NCBI GenBank assembly: GCA_038247725.1
Contig: JBBRUO010000001.1
Location: 1-51,643, forward strand
DNA length: 51,643 nt
Reading direction: 5' to 3'
DNA from: Gemmatales bacterium
GTDB taxonomy: Bacteria; Planctomycetota; Planctomycetia; Gemmatales; Gemmataceae
The translations under genes were made by a program, and so were the position numbers. This document shows positions 16,874 to 26,060 of the stretch, in pieces. Positions within the stretch are counted from its first letter, which is position 1, and each line of letters begins with the position of its first letter. Under the pieces are notes generated by a model, which saw nothing but the letters and a program-made list of their open reading frames with translations, made no database searches and was not told where the DNA came from.

Positions 16874-19780
16874 TCACGTCCACTCGGCCTGGACGCGGAA
16901 CGTCTCTCCGGCGGAGAAGTCCACCGGGATCGCCCCCTCGTTCAGGGCGATTTCCCGCTCCACGGTCCCTTCCCCGTCGATCATCACCGCCTGCACCGGG
17001 TCGCGGGCGAAGCGGATGTCGGCCGCGCCGCCGAACCCGGCGCACTCGACGAACCGCATCGCCACCGCCCGGTTCATCCCCTCCCGCGCCCGCACCGGCC
17101 GCAACTGCGTCATGAGCAGGCTGGGCAGGTCCACGTGCCCCAGCCAGCCGGTCGGCCCGATGTGCGGCGGCCCCTTCTCCGTCCGCACCACCGGCGACGG
17201 GGTCACCCACCCGGCGGCCGTCTGCATCGGGTGTTCACGGTCCATCGCCAGCAGCAGGTCGAATTGTCGGCCGGTCTCGTTCTCCGGGATCAGCACCACG
17301 TCGGCCGTCCGCGGGTCGATCTTGTGGATGAACGGCAGCCCGCCGGTGAACACGAACGTCCGCTCGGCCCCCATTCGGACTTCCAGGTAATCCGGCGACA
17401 CCGGGTACGTCGAGCCGGTCTGGCAGTTGGCCCCGTTCACCCCCCGGAAGAGGGCGGCCCGGTCGCTCCGCCAGACGAACCGCGCACCGAAGTAGTTGTG
17501 CCACGGGTAGCCGGCGGGCTGCTTGACCGGGTCGAGTTCGATCCGCACCTCCAAGACCGGCCGCCCGACCCACGCCCGGAGCCGCTGCGAGAAGGTGGCC
17601 AGCACCTCGTCGTGCGCGTCCACGATCTCGCCCACGCAGGTCACCTCGCCCAGCGCGGTGCCGCTGTTCGTGACCGTCACCCCGCGGCAGCGGGTGTTGC
17701 TGCCGGGGTTGAACACCAACTGCATGCCGATGCGGTTGACCCGGTTCCGCGTGTCGCGGAGCGCCCGCATCGCCCCGGTGACGGGGTCGAAGTCGGCTTC
17801 GAGGAACTCGTTCCGCACGGCGGTCCCGTCGGCCGTCTTGAGGCGGGGTTTGGGCGGCGCGGCGGTGCCGTCGCGGGGAATCCACGCGAACCCCAGGGAC
17901 GGCACCTCCACCACCAGCTTCGCCGACGTGCCGCTGAACTCGGCCGCCTTCACCGGCCCGTCCACCGGGATCGGCCCGCCGAAGTCGTCGATCTCCAGCG
18001 CCACCCGGCGGGTGAAATTGCACGGGTTGAAGACCATCAACCCCGGTTGGTGGTCGGCCGAACGCACCTGCACGCGGTCAGCCAGCAGTTGGGCGAAGGC
18101 GGTTTCGATTCCCGCGCCGTGTTCCACCGGTGCGGTTTGGAACACCTCCCCTCGTTGAGGGGAGGTCGGTTGCGCCGCAACCGGGAGGGGAGATTCCGAA
18201 GAGTCAAGCGAAGACTCCCCTCCCGCCGCTTCGCGGCGACCTCCCCTCAACGAGTGGAGGTGGGAAGAATCCCCCCCGCCCCGCTCCATCGCCGCTTCTT
18301 CCGCCTCCACCTCCCGCAGCAACTCCGCGTCCTTTTCCCCCTCCGGGGTGAGGCTGCGGTACAGCGCCGCCAGCGCGTAGGCCGCGTCGATCCGCCGTCG
18401 CGCCCGGTGGTGTTCGGCGACCGCGGTCACCACGTCCGCCCGCTTCTGGTTCGTCACCAGGTCGTCGAGCGCGTCGAAGTGGTAGTCGTCCGCCGACGTG
18501 CTGCCGAGGTAATCGCCGTAGCTGATCTCGGACAGGAACTGGGTCAGCCCGATCCACTCGCCGCACGGGTCGCCGAGCGCGGCCGACGCCAGCAATGCGT
18601 CGTACCCCACCGCCACTGCGTCGCCGGTGTGCTTGAAGGCGATCACCGGGTTCGAATCCGTCGTGAACGCCTGGTGCAGGTGGTACACCAGGTTGAAGAA
18701 CGTCAGCGGGTCGGCGGCGTCGAGCGGCTCGCGGCCGAACGCCTCCACCGACTTGCCGTCCGGCGCGGGCCAGTTCACCACCGCCGTGTTCCGCACCGGC
18801 GTCCGCCCGCCGTCGAAGCTGACGGCGACGGCGTTCGTATACCCGACGTGCCGCAGCCAGCTCGGCAGGAGCAGGTGCTGGGCCGACCGCGCCCGCGCGT
18901 ACACGGCCGCTTCAGTGCCGAGCAGTTTGCGAACGGCCGTCCGGCCGGTCGTCAGGTTCCACAACTGCGACTCGGTGGGCAGCAGCGGGTCGTCCCGTTC
19001 GGTGTACCCGCCGCAGCACACGTCCACGTTGTCCGCCTTCAACTCTTCCAACCGCTCCGGGTGCCGCTCGGCCAACTCCTCCAGCACTTCGCCGGACGCG
19101 ATCACCGACAACGGCAACCCCGCCGCCCGCGTCGGCGGCCACGGCCGGTCGAGTTTGTCTTTGTTCAGAAGGGCGATATCGACCAGCCGCAGCGGGTTCG
19201 AGTTCAGCACCATCCGCGCGCTGGCCACCTTCTCGGCGGCGAGTTTGAGCTTCTCGGTGATCGCCTCCGTGCCGGCGTTTTGCCGGACCGACTCCACGGC
19301 CTGCTGAACGTCTTCCCAGAACGCCGGCACGTCGAGCAAATGTTCGTGGTCCATCGCGTCGAACAGGGATTCGACCACGAGGTAGGCGTACCCCAGCCCG
19401 GCGAACAGGCGGACGACCTCGGCCGGCGCGGTCTGCAGGTCCGGGTTCAGCCCGGTGGCGCGGAAGTGGGCGGCGGTCTCGAACTCGTCCGACGAGATGG
19501 CGAAGCCGACGGCGTTCGCGGCGGCGAGCCGGTCCTTCCAGTCGTCGGGCTGGTACAGGGACGGGTCCGTCGGGACGGCGTACAGGAACCCCTCGCCGGG
19601 CTTGTCGTGGTCGTAGGACGACGACGCCAGCGGGGGCTTGCTCAGGCCGGCCAGGGCCGCCGGGTGCCACAGTTGCAAGTACCCGTTCAGCCAGGCGGTG
19701 GCCTCGTCCGGGTTCAGGCTGACCGGGTACGAGGTGGGTGGGCGGTACGGGGAGAGCAGGTGCGCTTCGCGGTCGGGCAT
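16874..19780 (-). CDS. Large conserved protein of unknown function (weak GH38 N-domain-like segment, catalytic motif not evident)
   Basis: This is the 968-aa portion of the 1755-aa track ORF, starting at the ATG at 19778..19780 (MPDREAHLLSPYRPP...). Composition is balanced from here on, whereas the upstream 787 residues are R/P/G-rich and overlap two better genes in other frames. The segment VCCGGYTERDDPLLPTESQLWNLTTGR loosely resembles GH38-type barrels. Confidence 0.65.
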   Translation of the reverse strand: MPDREAHLLSPYRPPTSYPVSLNPDEATAWLNGYLQLWHPAALAGLSKPPLASSSYDHDKPGEGFLYAVPTDPSLYQPDDWKDRLAAANAVGFAISSDEFETAAHFRATGLNPDLQTAPAEVVRLFAGLGYAYLVVESLFDAMDHEHLLDVPAFWEDVQQAVESVRQNAGTEAITEKLKLAAEKVASARMVLNSNPLRLVDIALLNKDKLDRPWPPTRAAGLPLSVIASGEVLEELAERHPERLEELKADNVDVCCGGYTERDDPLLPTESQLWNLTTGRTAVRKLLGTEAAVYARARSAQHLLLPSWLRHVGYTNAVAVSFDGGRTPVRNTAVVNWPAPDGKSVEAFGREPLDAADPLTFFNLVYHLHQAFTTDSNPVIAFKHTGDAVAVGYDALLASAALGDPCGEWIGLTQFLSEISYGDYLGSTSADDYHFDALDDLVTNQKRADVVTAVAEHHRARRRIDAAYALAALYRSLTPEGEKDAELLREVEAEEAAMERGGGDSSHLHSLRGGRREAAGGESSLDSSESPLPVAAQPTSPQRGEVFQTAPVEHGAGIETAFAQLLADRVQVRSADHQPGLMVFNPCNFTRRVALEIDDFGGPIPVDGPVKAAEFSGTSAKLVVEVPSLGFAWIPRDGTAAPPKPRLKTADGTAVRNEFLEADFDPVTGAMRALRDTRNRVNRIGMQLVFNPGSNTRCRGVTVTNSGTALGEVTCVGEIVDAHDEVLATFSQRLRAWVGRPVLEVRIELDPVKQPAGYPWHNYFGARFVWRSDRAALFRGVNGANCQTGSTYPVSPDYLEVRMGAERTFVFTGGLPFIHKIDPRTADVVLIPENETGRQFDLLLAMDREHPMQTAAGWVTPSPVVRTEKGPPHIGPTGWLGHVDLPSLLMTQLRPVRAREGMNRAVAMRFVECAGFGGAADIRFARDPVQAVMIDGEGTVEREIALNEGAIPVDFSAGETFRVQAEWT
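18143..18262. repeat. Composite GC-rich palindromic element embedded in frame in the 16874..19780 CDS
   Basis: Local hairpin: ACCTCCCCTC-GTT-GAGGGGAGGT (18144..18166). Long-range inverted repeat: CTCGTTGAGGGGAGGTC (18151..18167) with GACCTCCCCTCAACGAG (18238..18254). Inner hairpins are GGGAGGGGAG...CTCCCCTCCC and GCCGC-TTC-GCGGC. The element is translated as a low-complexity insert: ...GGGDSSHLHSLRGGRREAAGGESSLDSSESPLPVAAQPTSPQRGE... Confidence 0.6.
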
Positions 19781-19875
19781 GGGAACGGCCTGTCGGCGGG
19801 AGGAAATCCGATACGGAGATGATAAGGCGTTCGGCGAGCGGGGCCGGCCGAGTTGAGGCGCTTCCGCCGTCTTCC

Positions 19876-19945
19876 GTGGCCGGACTCTCCAGAGTCGGGC
19901 CGAACCGCCTGGGTACTTCGGCCCGACTCTGGAGAGTCCGGCCAC
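19876..19945. repeat. Perfect 29-bp-arm hairpin in an intra-cluster spacer
   Basis: GTGGCCGGACTCTCCAGAGTCGGGCCGAA (19876..19904) is the exact reverse complement of TTCGGCCCGACTCTGGAGAGTCCGGCCAC (19917..19945). The loop is 12 nt. No U-tract is present on either strand. Confidence 0.85.
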
Positions 19946-20055
19946 GGGGAAGGCAGCCCTCGCTCCCCTCCCAGTGGTAGCCTTCCTTCCCGCCAATGCC
20001 CAAGAAGTGCGGCGACGGGGCCGGCCGCGCCGCCACCCGCCGCGGCCGCGCCGCG

Positions 20056-21267
20056 TCACGGGGTCAGCGGCATCGTGACGAAGCGGTAGTGGCCGTTGTT
20101 GTCGCCCTTCAGTTGCAACTTGATTTCCGCCTTCTGGCCGAGGAACTTGGCGTCTTCCACTTCGGCCTCGCCACTCCCCCGCGTGTCCATTTTGCCGTCG
20201 TCCGGGATGAGCACTTTCAGGTCGGCGGTCCCCTTCAACTTCCCTTCGAGTCCCTTCGGCAGCCCCCACGCGGCCGGCAACTTCTGGACGTCCACGCCGT
20301 CGGCCTTGACCTTCAGCGTGAGGACGTAGGTTTCCGCGTCGAAGACGAACTCGCCGCTGGCCGTCACATTCCCGGTGGCCAGCGACAGCGAACCGCCGTC
20401 GGCGGTCACTTTGCCGTTCGCGATGCGGATGTCGCCGGTCACGTCCGTCAGCGTGGCGTCCACGTCCGGCAGGGTGAGAGACGCCCCGTTCGGCCTGACT
20501 GAGACGGCGTAATCCAGGTCGCCGGTCGGCTTGAAGGTGAGCGTCACCGAGGCCGCCGCCGACCCCGACGCCGACAGGTGCTGCCACACCTTTTCGGGCA
20601 CGAACGGGATGCTCTGCAGGAGCGGGTCGCTCAGCGTCGCGTCGGCGCACGAGAGCGTCACGTGACCGTCGGCCGGGTCGGCCCCGAGTTTGCCCTCGAT
20701 CTTCCACTGGCCCCACTTCGGGTCGGCGATGTCGCCGGTGATCGCGTACCCGTCCCCGTCGGCGCGGAGGCTGCCGTTCACCCCGCCGATGTCGAACTCC
20801 GGCTTGCCGGGCTGGCGGATGCGGATGCGGGCGTTCTCCAGCTTGATCGCTGGCAATTTGCCCCCGCCCCCGTCGCCCTCGAACTTCGGCAGCGGGGAAA
20901 CGATCTTCCGGTTCGCGTCCAGTCGCAGCACGATGTCGGCGTCGCGGACGGTGACGGCGGTCGGGGACGCGGAGCCGGTCGCCAGCCCGCCGAGGGTGAT
21001 GTCGGTCTCGATCTTGCCGACGCGAACGAAATGCCCCGGCGTCTCGGCGGCGGGGTCCGGGATGGTCACGGACACGGACGTGCCGCCGAACCCGACGTCC
21101 AAACTCGTCACCTCGACGGGCAGTCCGATGATTCCGCTCACCTCGCCGGCGACCATCCGGCGGGCACTCTCCGTGCTCAGGTACCACCGCAACCCGAACC
21201 ACCCGACGGCGGCCACGACCACCATGATGCCGACAAACCAAAGGGCGATTTTCCGGACCCGTCTCAT
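20056..21267 (-). CDS. Membrane-anchored AsmA-like / beta-rich envelope protein
   Basis: The start is trimmed to the ATG at 21265..21267 (MRRVRKIALWFVGIMVVVAAVGWF is a TM anchor). It is followed by a repetitive G/T/D/V-rich beta-strand region typical of AsmA/DUF748-like proteins. Confidence 0.6.
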   Translation of the reverse strand: MRRVRKIALWFVGIMVVVAAVGWFGLRWYLSTESARRMVAGEVSGIIGLPVEVTSLDVGFGGTSVSVTIPDPAAETPGHFVRVGKIETDITLGGLATGSASPTAVTVRDADIVLRLDANRKIVSPLPKFEGDGGGGKLPAIKLENARIRIRQPGKPEFDIGGVNGSLRADGDGYAITGDIADPKWGQWKIEGKLGADPADGHVTLSCADATLSDPLLQSIPFVPEKVWQHLSASGSAAASVTLTFKPTGDLDYAVSVRPNGASLTLPDVDATLTDVTGDIRIANGKVTADGGSLSLATGNVTASGEFVFDAETYVLTLKVKADGVDVQKLPAAWGLPKGLEGKLKGTADLKVLIPDDGKMDTRGSGEAEVEDAKFLGQKAEIKLQLKGDNNGHYRFVTMPLTP

Positions 21268-21333
21268 GTTGAACCCCTCCAAAGTGTGGGCGACAGTTCG
21301 TCGCCCCACGAGGGATGCAACCGCCGTGCCGGG

Positions 21334-22134
21334 TCATCGCGTCACCGCCACCGGCGGGCACCCCCCACCAGTGTAACAGGAGGCGTGCGGCTTGCAGCAC
21401 GGACCGGTCGTCTTCGACAGCGACGGGAACAGGCTTTCCAGCATGCCCTGGCTCGGCACGTAGATGCGGTCGCCGGGCCGCAGCTGGTAGTTCGTGGCCG
21501 TGTCGCCGAGTTGCACGATCTGCGGGTAGCAGACGGGCAGCACCTCGCGGCAGCCCTCCGGGTGGCTGGGGCGGACGAGGACGATCTTCTTCCGCTGCGC
21601 GGCGGAGGTCAGATCGCCGGCCGCCATGATCCCGTCCAGAACCGTCTCGCGGCCGGCCAACGGATACGAGCCGGGGGCGTTCACCTCGCCGATGACGTAG
21701 TACACCTTGCTCTGCCGGCCGATCAGTCGCACGGTGATCGCCACGTCCTTCTTCTCCTTCGCTTTCACCAGTTCTTGCACTTCGAGTTCGATGGCCCGCG
21801 CCGTCTTGCCGGCCACCATCGGGCGGCCGTACTCGCCCAACTCGATGGTGCCGTCGGGCAAGATCGGCTGGTCGGCGGGCAGGCGAACCGGGGAGTCCAG
21901 ATCGACCGGCTGGATCAGGAGGGCGTCGCCCGGCTCGACGAGGTACTCGGCGAGCGGGACTTTCGCCAACTCGCGGGCGAGCGGCGGCGGCGGCACGGTC
22001 GAGTCGCGAAACTGCTCGGCTTCCGGCAGGAGTTTGTACCGGGGGGTGGACAACCCGAGGGCCGAACAGCCGGTCTGGGCCAGCGTCGCCGCCGCGAGAA
22101 GAGCGAGGAGCGACCGAGGGCGGGTAGCGAACAT
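21334..22134 (-). CDS. Polysaccharide export lipoprotein (Wza-like: Poly_export + SLBB)
   Basis: 266 aa. The lipobox is LAQTGC. Family blocks include YLVEPGDALLIQ, LPDGTIELGEYG...VAGKT, VIGEVNAPGSYPL and YQLRPGDRIYVP. Confidence 0.8.
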   Translation of the reverse strand: MFATRPRSLLALLAAATLAQTGCSALGLSTPRYKLLPEAEQFRDSTVPPPPLARELAKVPLAEYLVEPGDALLIQPVDLDSPVRLPADQPILPDGTIELGEYGRPMVAGKTARAIELEVQELVKAKEKKDVAITVRLIGRQSKVYYVIGEVNAPGSYPLAGRETVLDGIMAAGDLTSAAQRKKIVLVRPSHPEGCREVLPVCYPQIVQLGDTATNYQLRPGDRIYVPSQGMLESLFPSLSKTTGPCCKPHASCYTGGGCPPVAVTR

Positions 22135-22245
22135 ACGACACCTCCGTGTGGGTCTACCACGGAGTTATCGGCCCACCCGGAACCGTCAGTTCATCCGAAT
22201 CCCCCCGGATAATCCACCCCGCCCCGCCTCGCGACTCCACCCGCA

Positions 22246-24933
22246 TTAGCGATTCGTCCGGGGCGACACCTCCGGCAGCACCTCGGCGGCGATCGGAAAG
22301 TACCGGCGGAGGAAGAAGCGGACGGCTTCTTCGGTCAACAAGGCGGCGGTGTTGACCCGCGGCTGCGGCGAGGAGGTGGTCCCGGTGATCGTGAGCCGGA
22401 CCGTGCGGTTCGACAGGAACTCGCTCACGTCGCGGATGAGGGCGATCGGGATGGGGCCGAGGGTGAGCGGCAGCCCCAACCCGATCCGCCGCACGACGGC
22501 GTCGTTCAGCCCGACCGAGCCGGTCCGGATGATGACGCCGAGGTCGAGGCGGCCGGTCAGCGCCACGGTGCCCTCGGCGAACAGTTCGGCGTTCGAACTG
22601 GCCAGCGTCAGCCGCTCGAGGCGGAACACGCCCCGCGACAGCCGCCCGCGGAGTTCCCCGACGTCGAACGGCTTGACCAGGGCGGACGGGGAGACGAACG
22701 GCAGGACCGACGTGAGCACCGGCAGGTCGCGCAAGCCGGCTTGCCCGATCTTCGCCACCACCGAGCCTCTCAAGTCGTCGATCGACAGCATGTTCTCGCC
22801 GGCAAGGTCGATGCGGCCGGTCACCCGCGCGGCCCCGAAGTAGTTGCTCTGGTTCAGGTCGGACAGCACGCGGCCGATCTTGACGTTGGTGAACTTGAGT
22901 TGGCCGGACGTTCGGGCGGTGGCCCCGCTGGAGTACTCGAACTGCCCCGACACCCGCCCACCGCCGAGGCTGCCAGTCACGTCCCGCACGGTCAACAGCA
23001 TGCCGCCGCCGGGGGTCGCGCCGAAGCGGAACGGGATCCGCAGGTCGGAGGCGGTCATCCCGGCGAGCCGCCCGCGGGTCATCACTAGGGTGCCCGTCGC
23101 CGTGAACCGCGGCCACAGTTTCCCCCGCACGGTGAGCGCCACGCCGCCGTCGAACATGGTCGGCCCGGTGGCGAACGAGGACAGCAGCCGGCCGATGTCC
23201 GCCCGGTCCACGTCCAGCCGATAGAAGCTGCGCTCCGGCTGGTTCAAGTTCGCCCGCACCCGCGCCCGAACGGTGCCGCTAGCCAGCGGCCCGACCGCGT
23301 CCACCACCTCCAGGGTGCCGTTTCGCAGCCGCAATCGCCCGCCCAAATCCTGGAAGAGAAGCGACCCGTTCACCCCCAGTTGGCGGATCCGGTAGCGGCC
23401 GTCGCCGTCGTTCAAGTCGGCCGAGTAGCGGAACGATAAATCGACGATCCCCTGTAGTCGCGTCCCTTGCAGCCGCAGCGCCCGCGACAGCCCGCCGAGG
23501 TCGAGGGAGCGGACGACGATGACCCCGTCCTCCTCCTTCTCGCCCTTCTTCGCCTCCGGGTACTGCCCTTTCACCTCGAAGGACCCCCCGGTCTTCAACT
23601 GGCCTTCCAGTTCGTAGCGGAGGGTGGAACCGGCGACGGACAGTTTGCCGACCAGCTTTTCGGCCGGGATGCCTTGCACGGTCAGTTCGGGGGCGGCCAG
23701 GTTCACGTCCGCCGACACCGCCCGCGCCTCGTCCGCCTGGGTCGCCGGTAATTTGCCCGTGATGTCGCCGGAGATCGTGCCCGTCAGCCGCACGGGAATC
23801 GACGGGAAGGTGGCCACGACCGCCGCCGCGTCGATGTCCTTGAAGGCCAGCTTGAAGTCGCCCGCCGCGTCCCGCCCCAGCGGCACATCGGCCGACCCGG
23901 TGAGGGTGCCCTTGAATAGTCCGGCCGTCACGTCCGTGACCGTCACCCGGTCCTGCGTCACCTTCCACTTGGCGGAGAATTTCTCCCCGGCCGTCCCGCC
24001 GACGGCGAGGTCGGCGGCGGACACGTTGCCGGACGCCGTCACGGTGAACGGGGTGAGGGTGCCGGCGGCGGTCGCGTCCAGGGCCAGTTTCCCCTTGATC
24101 GCCACCGGCGACGCCAGCTCGGGCACTAACTTCTGAATCTCGCTCACGTCCTTCGGGGTGGTCCGGACGGTGGCGGAATAGGCGTACTTGCCGGACAGGG
24201 CGAGGCTGCCGTTGCCGGTGACGGGGACGCCTTCCAGCACCGCCGCCACCTCGGACAACACCGCCTTGCCGTCACTCACGGCGAGCGTCAGTTTGGTGTC
24301 GCGGATGGCGCGGCCGAAGACCGTCAGCGCCGGGGCCGTCAGGGTGCCGCTGCCGGCCCAGGTGGCGGGGTCGCTCAATTTGTCCACCGGCGCGCGGAAA
24401 TCGGCCTTCCCACTCACCGCGCCGGCAACGTCAATGCCACCGGGGAGCGTCTTGAAGAGGATGCCGAGCGGCACGCGGGTGAGCGTCAGGTTCGCCTTCA
24501 GGTCGCCGCGGGGTTCGATGGCGGCGGAGGCGGTGCCGGTGATCTGGCCGGCCGGGTCACCGGCCACGTCCGACGGCACCACCGCCGTCAGTTTGGTGAG
24601 CGTCAGTTTGCCGGCCGCGTACCCGAGTTCGGCCGTGAAGTCGCGGACCTTCAAGTCGTCCAGCATCAATTCCGGCGCGGTCACTTTCCCTTGCAGAACG
24701 TAGTTCTTTGTCTCGGCCGCTTCGCCGAGCGGCACCGAGAAGTTGGCCACCACCGTCACCTTGCCCGTCAGTTTGTAGCCGAGGTCGAGCTTCGCCGTCT
24801 CGATGAGTTCGGCCAGATTCACGTCGCGCAGGGTGATCGTCGCGCCGAGCGTGGTCGGTTCGTCGGCGGCGGCGACGGGGACCGCGAGGAGGAGTGTCAG
24901 GAGAAGAACGGCCAGGGGCGAGCGCGGTACCAT
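22246..24933 (-). CDS. Large AsmA/TamB-like envelope protein
   Basis: The start is trimmed to the ATG at 24931..24933 (signal/anchor MVPRSPLAVLLLTLLLAVPVAAA). The protein is 895 aa with repetitive beta-strand modules (G.L.L.G..., KVTAPEL..., TVRGKL...) and an AsmA-like C-terminal region. Confidence 0.7.
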   Translation of the reverse strand: MVPRSPLAVLLLTLLLAVPVAAADEPTTLGATITLRDVNLAELIETAKLDLGYKLTGKVTVVANFSVPLGEAAETKNYVLQGKVTAPELMLDDLKVRDFTAELGYAAGKLTLTKLTAVVPSDVAGDPAGQITGTASAAIEPRGDLKANLTLTRVPLGILFKTLPGGIDVAGAVSGKADFRAPVDKLSDPATWAGSGTLTAPALTVFGRAIRDTKLTLAVSDGKAVLSEVAAVLEGVPVTGNGSLALSGKYAYSATVRTTPKDVSEIQKLVPELASPVAIKGKLALDATAAGTLTPFTVTASGNVSAADLAVGGTAGEKFSAKWKVTQDRVTVTDVTAGLFKGTLTGSADVPLGRDAAGDFKLAFKDIDAAAVVATFPSIPVRLTGTISGDITGKLPATQADEARAVSADVNLAAPELTVQGIPAEKLVGKLSVAGSTLRYELEGQLKTGGSFEVKGQYPEAKKGEKEEDGVIVVRSLDLGGLSRALRLQGTRLQGIVDLSFRYSADLNDGDGRYRIRQLGVNGSLLFQDLGGRLRLRNGTLEVVDAVGPLASGTVRARVRANLNQPERSFYRLDVDRADIGRLLSSFATGPTMFDGGVALTVRGKLWPRFTATGTLVMTRGRLAGMTASDLRIPFRFGATPGGGMLLTVRDVTGSLGGGRVSGQFEYSSGATARTSGQLKFTNVKIGRVLSDLNQSNYFGAARVTGRIDLAGENMLSIDDLRGSVVAKIGQAGLRDLPVLTSVLPFVSPSALVKPFDVGELRGRLSRGVFRLERLTLASSNAELFAEGTVALTGRLDLGVIIRTGSVGLNDAVVRRIGLGLPLTLGPIPIALIRDVSEFLSNRTVRLTITGTTSSPQPRVNTAALLTEEAVRFFLRRYFPIAAEVLPEVSPRTNR

Positions 24934-25455
24934 GATCGGCCTCGCGGGACGGGTGTCCGGCAACGGGTCTGTGGCAGTTGTAGTCGGTCGATCGGGCGGG
25001 GGCACGCGCGGTCGGTCGGGCGGACTCCCGGCGTTCGGCGCGAGATTTCGGCGGTCGTAGGAGTTGTGCCGGAAATGGACTCGGGCCGCGTGCCCCGGGA
25101 GGATCGGCCCGGCCGCGACTCGCATCGGGTCGCAGTCACGCACGATCCTCGCCGGGGCACGCGGCCCAGACAGTTGACCCGCTCGGCGGGTGGGGGTGGG
25201 AGGGCGGAGCCTAGCCCCCCGGCTGTCGCTCCGCCCTCGCCGCCGCCCGGCGTCCGATCACCCCGCTCCATCACTTCGGTGTCGGTCCGTGTTACGCGAG
25301 CCGGGGAGCGGGTGCGGCTGACAGCCCAGGGGACTCGCCTGCTTCGCTCGCCCGGTCGGCCCTCGGTTGGAGGATTCGACGCGGCATCCGGATGTGTTGG
25401 GGCGGTGCGGTCGCCGCCACCGCGAACGTCACCGTCGCGGTTCGTCGGCCGCCGA

Positions 25456-25695
25456 TCAGGCGGCCATTTCTTCTTTCCATCCGGCCGTGGCGTCTTCCGA
25501 GTTCTTGCTGATGTGGACTTGTTCGTCCACCCGCTCGACCCAGTCCAGCGGCACCCAGTGGTGCTTGCCGCCGGCGGTGGGGTCGCTGCGGGTCAGCTTG
25601 ATGCTGCTGCCGTCCAGGTGGTCCACCTTGCCGATCTTCGTGCCGCACGAGCAGACCACATCCATCTTGTCGCGGATTTTCGAGGTGTCGGTCAT
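25456..25695 (-). CDS. DUF2171-like small protein
   Basis: 79 aa. The pattern MDVVCSCGTKIGKVDHLDGSSIKLTRSD...GKHHWVPLDWVERVDE-VHISK matches the DUF2171 pattern as I remember it. Confidence 0.65.
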   Translation of the reverse strand: MTDTSKIRDKMDVVCSCGTKIGKVDHLDGSSIKLTRSDPTAGGKHHWVPLDWVERVDEQVHISKNSEDATAGWKEEMAA

Positions 25696-26060
25696 GACTG
25701 CCTCCGGTTGTGAGTCGTGATGGTGATCGTGTCACCGGGAGTCGCGGCCGTTCAACCCGTTTGGAATTGCCGGTCCGTGATCGAAGGCAATGTGGCAGCA
25801 ACGCGTGTGCCGAACGCCGTTTCGAGTGAAAAACCGCTCCCGACTGGGGTTTCCGTCCCCATTCCCGCTCAGTCGATGGCGAATCGCGTATCCGGCTGCC
25901 ACCAGCGGCGCAACCCGCTGCGCGACCGCGGCGGGTGAGTTTCCCAACCAGGTGGGGGATCCTCCACTGGCGACGGTGAATCCGTCCGGCGGACGCAGCG
26001 TCTATCTTTGATAGATTGACCCGCGCAGCCTTCTCGTCACTCCGTCCGAGGTGCCGACTC

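Noticed and set aside
16874-22141. 1755-aa ORF on the minus strand, taken as a single giant protein
   Set aside because: The N-terminal 787 residues are R/P/G-rich low complexity. They overlap two much better same-strand genes in other frames (the Wza-like gene 21334..22134 and the AsmA-like gene 20056..21267), and they also run through a non-coding hairpin spacer. Only the part from the ATG at 19780 has protein-like composition.
25900-26015. Cobalamin-riboswitch-like strings (CCACTGGCGACGGTGAATCCG) upstream of the first propeller gene
   Set aside because: Only short partial resemblance to GGTGAAA.TCC and GCCACTG elements is present. The order and the remaining conserved B12-box features could not be found, and the downstream gene has no B12 link. 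A covariance-model scan would be needed before any claim.
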